Positions 57,821 to 64,000 of a DNA stretch of 64,000 nucleotides are shown piece after piece; within the stretch, counting starts at the first letter, position 1, and the number at the start of each line of letters is the position of its first letter. The stretch is taken from positions 4,671 to 68,670 of the forward strand of contig JBQDDG010000007.1 in NCBI GenBank assembly GCA_052093225.1, written 5' to 3'. Below the pieces are notes generated by a model, which had not been told where the DNA came from, ran no database searches, and saw only the letters and a list, made by a program, of their open reading frames with translations. The position numbers and the translations under genes were made by a program. The stretch is from Actinomycetaceae bacterium. GTDB taxonomy: Bacteria > Actinomycetota > Actinomycetes > Actinomycetales > Actinomycetaceae.

Positions 57821-59164
57821 TCAGCGGCGGGTGATCGCGTCGCGCAGCCGGCGGGTCGGGTCCGCGGCGACCACCGGGTCGAGCTCCGGCCGCCCGCCGC
57901 CGGCGAGGGCGCGCCTCAGCGGCGGCACGTCCCGCGGGTGGTCCGCGGTGGCCCCGGCGACGAGCCGACCGTTCGTGTCGGTCCACAGCCAGGTGGTTCC
58001 GGCGTCGTCCCTGCGCACGACGCCGGGGCTCCCGACGGGCGTCCCGACGATCGCGAGGTCGTGCCCGAGCTGCTCGGAGAACACGTACGGCGCGGGCAGG
58101 TCGGGGAGCGGGAGCCCGAGGACCGAGGCGGCGACGGCGTCCGGGTGGCGGAGCGCCGATTCCCAGTGGGCTCCCGGCACGACGACGTCCCCGGCGTCGA
58201 TCGCCGCCGCGTCCCCGACCGCCCACAGCCACGCCGGCCCCTGGGACCGGCCCCCGGCGTCGACGAGGACGTGCCCGCCCGGCCCGCGCGGCGTGAGAGC
58301 ACCCAACCATTCGGTCTCCGGGACCGCGCCGAGAGCGGCGACGACCACGTCGGCGGCCAGCTCGCGCCCGCCGGCGAGCGTGACGACCTGGCCTCCGCCG
58401 GCCGCGGCGTCGACCGAGGCGACCTCCGCGCCGGTGACGAGCTCGACCCCGGCCTCGGCGAACCACGGGCGCGCGTGCTCCGCCAGCACGTCCGGTGCGT
58501 GCCCCAGCGGCTGCCCGGCCGCCTCGAGGACCATCACCCGGGCCCCGGCCGCCGCTGCCGCTCCCGCGAGCTCCGTCCCGATCCATCCCGCCCCGACGAC
58601 GACCAGCCGCGTCCCGGGGCCGACCGCCGCGCGGAGGTGGGCGGCGTCCGCCGCGGAACGCAGCGTCCGGGTGGCCGGCCACGGCGGGGTGACGGCCCGC
58701 GCACCGGTGGCGACGACGACGCGGCGCGCGCGCACGCGGGTGGGGCGGTCCTCCGCGGCGACGGGCGAACCCGACCCGGCCGGCACCGCGCCGGACGGAC
58801 GCAGCTCGACGACCGCTCCGTCGTCGTCGGACGCGATCGTGGCCGCGCGCAGGCCCGGCCACCACTGGGCCCCCAGCTCGTCGAGGTCGCCGAGGCCCTC
58901 GGCGGCGAGGTCCGGCGGGGACGCGCGGGTGAACAGGTCGACGGACAAGGTGGTGCGGTCGTAGGGTGCCTCGGCCTCGGCGCCCACCAGCGCGATCGAC
59001 CCGTCGTGTCCACGCGCACGCAGCGCCGCGACGGTCCGCAGCCCGGCCACCCCGGCGCCCACGACGAGCACGTCGACGGCCCGGGAGGCGGTCCCGGTGT
59101 CGGCGCCGATGGGGTCGGTGCCGGTGACGTCGTCCGGCCCGGGGCGCCCCTCGTGATCGTCCAC
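57821..59164 (-). CDS. FAD-dependent pyridine-nucleotide oxidoreductase (ferredoxin reductase-like)
   Basis: VVGAGVAG, EAPYDRTTLS, VATGA, VVGAGWIGTE, WAVGDAA and PYVFSEQ. Confidence 0.88.
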   Translation of the reverse strand: MDDHEGRPGPDDVTGTDPIGADTGTASRAVDVLVVGAGVAGLRTVAALRARGHDGSIALVGAEAEAPYDRTTLSVDLFTRASPPDLAAEGLGDLDELGAQWWPGLRAATIASDDDGAVVELRPSGAVPAGSGSPVAAEDRPTRVRARRVVVATGARAVTPPWPATRTLRSAADAAHLRAAVGPGTRLVVVGAGWIGTELAGAAAAAGARVMVLEAAGQPLGHAPDVLAEHARPWFAEAGVELVTGAEVASVDAAAGGGQVVTLAGGRELAADVVVAALGAVPETEWLGALTPRGPGGHVLVDAGGRSQGPAWLWAVGDAAAIDAGDVVVPGAHWESALRHPDAVAASVLGLPLPDLPAPYVFSEQLGHDLAIVGTPVGSPGVVRRDDAGTTWLWTDTNGRLVAGATADHPRDVPPLRRALAGGGRPELDPVVAADPTRRLRDAITRR

Positions 59165-59187
59165 CGCTCCACGGTAGCCTCGCCGCC

Positions 59188-59457
59188 GTGACGACCAACC
59201 GCGCCCCGGTCCTGCCGGGGCTCGCGATCCTCGGGTGGGTCGCCGTCGTCGTCCTCGTGGGCGTCCTCGTCGACGTCCCGGCCGCCTGCTACCTGCTCGC
59301 CGGCATGCTCGCCGTGCTCGCGGTCGTGCGCGTCGCCTTCGGGGCGCGCGAGATCATCGGTGGTCGGGCGCTCGCGATCGACCTCCTCGTGCTCCTCGGC
59401 GGTGCCGCCATGATCGCGTTCCTCGCCCCCTGGGGCGACGCCGCCGTCGCGCTCTGA
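59188..59457 (+). CDS. DUF3017-family small membrane protein
   Basis: Three TM helices, LAVVRV...GRALAIDLLVL; usual position after purH/folD. Confidence 0.65.
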   Translation: MTTNRAPVLPGLAILGWVAVVVLVGVLVDVPAACYLLAGMLAVLAVVRVAFGAREIIGGRALAIDLLVLLGGAAMIAFLAPWGDAAVAL

Positions 59458-59557
59458 GCGTCGTCGGAACACGAGCCGGGACCAGGGCCGGACCCGGCGC
59501 CGGAAGCGGAACGCGACACAACGGTCACCGCGGCGGTGCTCCGACCCTGATAATGGG

Positions 59558-62069
<2,512 letters not shown>

Positions 62070-62093
62070 CCCTTTCTGCTCCACCCGGACGAC

Positions 62094-62128
62094 GCAGCGG
62101 CCGCCACCTTCACGGTGGCGGCCGCTGC
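62094..62128 (+). terminator. Hairpin terminator after mdh
   Basis: GCAGCGGCCGCCACC-ttcac-GGTGGCGGCCGCTGC 15-bp perfect stem. Confidence 0.78.
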
Positions 62129-62154
62129 CGCGAGATCGGGGCGACGAGCGGACG

Positions 62155-62250
62155 GACGGGCCATGCCGCACCACGGGAGCCGGGCCGGTGAGCAGCAGGG
62201 GAGACGGGCCGGGCCGCACCACGTGAGCCGGGCGGTTGCACAGCAGGGGA
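62155..62250. repeat. Two tandem degenerate 48-bp repeats
   Basis: GACGGGCC..GCCGCACCACG.GAGCCGGGC.G..G..CAGCAGGGGA at 62155 and 62203. Confidence 0.75.
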
Positions 62251-62376
62251 GAGGTCCCCGGCCGTCTCGGGACGGGGGCCGGACCGGACCTGTTGAATGT
62301 CTCCGACACCACATACCGAGCCGGCCATCGCCTGCGCTCGATGATGCCTGGACGACGAGCCGTGATCAGGAGCGAC

Positions 62377-63090
62377 ATGACCGAGTACGAGGACGAGAGC
62401 GGAGTCGAGCCGGAGCTCGTGCTGGGGACGGACGAGGACCGGTTCGTCGAGATCGGGGTCGATCTCGCGGGCCGCATCGCGCACGTCGAGATCGACGGGG
62501 CGTGGTCGGCGGAGCTGACGACCGAGGAGTTCGCCGATGCCCTGATGGGGGCCTACGGCAACGCATCCGTAGCACTGGTCGAACGGCTCAGTGAGCAGAA
62601 CGACTCGTCGGCGGGCGGTGTGGTGCCGCCAGTGACGCCGATCAGCGAGCGGGTCCGCCGCCGGGTCGACGAGCGCCGTGCAGAGGGTGCCGCAGTCGGC
62701 GACCGGCAGCCGGCCGAACCGTCTGCTCGCAGCGAGGCGGACGAACGGCGCCGTGAGGACCAGCTCGAGGAGGCGATGCGCACCGTCGAGCTCGCCGGGC
62801 GCGCGCGCGAGGAGCGGGCGGGATACCAGGAGCGGCTCATCGAGCTGCACACGACGGAGTTCGAGGACTCCAGCTCCGAGCACACCCTCACCGTCGTCTC
62901 GCGGTACGGGACCCCGGTGAGGTTCGAGCTGAGCGACATCTGGACCCGCCGGCGGGCCGAGCCGCTCGCCCGCGCGGTGATCGAGGTGACGGAGGCGGCG
63001 GCAGCCAGACGCGAGGAGCTGGACCGACAGCTCGCCGTCGAGTTCCCTGCGACGACCGAACTGATCGCACGATCCACCACCACCAGCTGA
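62377..63090 (+). CDS. Hypothetical protein with two putative YbaB/EbfC-like (EspD/EspH/EspL-like) domains
   Basis: SD AGGAG; two segments with the pattern [S/D]xDxxVxVxVxxxGxxxxxxI...LxxAxxxA (DEDRFVEIGVDLAGRIAHVEID; SSEHTLTVVSRYGTPVRFELS). Family call is pattern-based only. Confidence 0.55.
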   Translation: MTEYEDESGVEPELVLGTDEDRFVEIGVDLAGRIAHVEIDGAWSAELTTEEFADALMGAYGNASVALVERLSEQNDSSAGGVVPPVTPISERVRRRVDERRAEGAAVGDRQPAEPSARSEADERRREDQLEEAMRTVELAGRAREERAGYQERLIELHTTEFEDSSSEHTLTVVSRYGTPVRFELSDIWTRRRAEPLARAVIEVTEAAAARREELDRQLAVEFPATTELIARSTTTS

Positions 63091-63119
63091 CGTCCACCCA
63101 CCTGAAACGGAGAACACCG

Positions 63120-63425
63120 ATGAACGTCAAGGTCGACACCGGAGACCTGCGTCGCGACGCGGCGCACTGGAGCTCGTTCTCGAGCGACACCTACTCACCG
63201 ACCGCGAACAAGGTCGCCTCTCTCACCCTGCCCGCCGGCGCATTGCCGGGCGCCGCGCTCGACATCGGCGTCGGTGACGCCTATGAGACGGTCCGCTCGA
63301 CGGTGGACACGCTCGCGGGGGACGCGCCCACGGCCTTCACCTCGATCGCCCAGGTGTTGCGCCGAGCGGCGGACATCTACGACGAGACCGACCAGCAGTC
63401 CGAGATCGACTTCAACCGCGTCTGA
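63120..63425 (+). CDS. EspC/EspF-like type VII secretion target (~100 aa)
   Basis: N-terminal VKVDTGDLRRDAAHW; C-terminal LRRAADIYDETD with the YxxxD signal; 101 aa and predicted helical. Confidence 0.7.
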   Translation: MNVKVDTGDLRRDAAHWSSFSSDTYSPTANKVASLTLPAGALPGAALDIGVGDAYETVRSTVDTLAGDAPTAFTSIAQVLRRAADIYDETDQQSEIDFNRV

Positions 63426-63455
63426 GCGCCCCGACGACCAAGGAGACAGGACGAC

Positions 63456-64000
63456 ATGTCACTCAAGGACTCGATCATCGCCGAGGCGGACCCGCTGCTG
63501 ACCGACATCAACCAGTTGATCGATGACTGCACCGAGGTGCAGGTCTCGTGCCCGGGAATCCTCCGGTACCTCGTCGACCCGACGATCGACCCGCTTCGCG
63601 AGGACGCCCGGCGCCTCATCGAGTACGTCGAGGAGATCATCGACCGGCTCGGTGACGCCGAGCTCATCCGGCAGACCGCGCTCGACTGGCAGGCCTGGGG
63701 CGACGAGATGGGGACGAACGCCACCCAGATCAGCGACACCGGCACAAACCTCCCGTCGCTCGACTCGTGGGAGGACAACGGCGACGTGTACAAGAAGGTG
63801 CAGGGCCAGCAGCACGCAGGGGTCGCTACGGCACTCACCGAGATCGCGTACGCCATCCACGACCAGCTCGAGGACATGGCGCAGCACCTGGAGAACTACT
63901 GGCGGCAGGCATTCGAGTTCATCGGGCAGATGGTCGTTGGGGTCGTGGGCCTCATCGGGTCGATCGCAGGACTCATCGCGGCGTGCCTGGGCACGTTCGC
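63456..64000 (+). CDS. WXG100-like/EspA-like N-terminal domain protein, partial (runs off window; not in ORF track)
   Basis: SD AAGGAG; open frame MSLKDSIIAE...LGDAELIRQTALDWQAW...DSWEDNGDVYKKVQGQQHAG... followed by a hydrophobic helix; no stop before 64000. Confidence 0.65.
   Translation, partial: MSLKDSIIAEADPLLTDINQLIDDCTEVQVSCPGILRYLVDPTIDPLREDARRLIEYVEEIIDRLGDAELIRQTALDWQAWGDEMGTNATQISDTGTNLPSLDSWEDNGDVYKKVQGQQHAGVATALTEIAYAIHDQLEDMAQHLENYWRQAFEFIGQMVVGVVGLIGSIAGLIAACLGTF

Noticed and set aside
63459-63887. Minus-strand ORFs 63459-63887 and 63377-63877
   Set aside because: Antisense shadows of the SD-led plus-strand frame starting at 63456.

Overview
High-GC actinobacterial chromosome segment; gene order suggests Micrococcales, which is an inference. 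It is mostly conserved core backbone: coaA | glmS-acpS-nnr-alr-tsaE-(hyp)-tsaB-rimI, sdhCAB, ilvD, tsaD, groES (with CIRCE), a whiB3-like gene with a divergent merR-like gene, guaB/guaB3/guaA, fumC, pta-ackA, a heterodimeric ABC exporter, a two-component system, pcrA, an AT3-SGNH acyltransferase, sucCD, perM, metB, purN-(ZTP riboswitch)-purH, tlyC and mdh. I found no tRNA/rRNA genes, transposase, integrase or CRISPR array. The most notable non-core signals are: (1) at the right edge, a cassette of three type VII secretion (ESX)-like genes (a double YbaB/EbfC-like protein, an EspC-like protein with a YxxxD motif, and a WXG100/EspA-like protein running off the window); (2) a 120-bp duplication of an esterase 3' end placed in frame behind the stop codon of an upstream regulator; (3) several REP/BIME-like repeat families between convergent genes; (4) pervasive leaderless promoter architecture, including an overlapping bidirectional -10; (5) several candidate operator palindromes. 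All annotations come from motif recognition by eye; no database searches were run.
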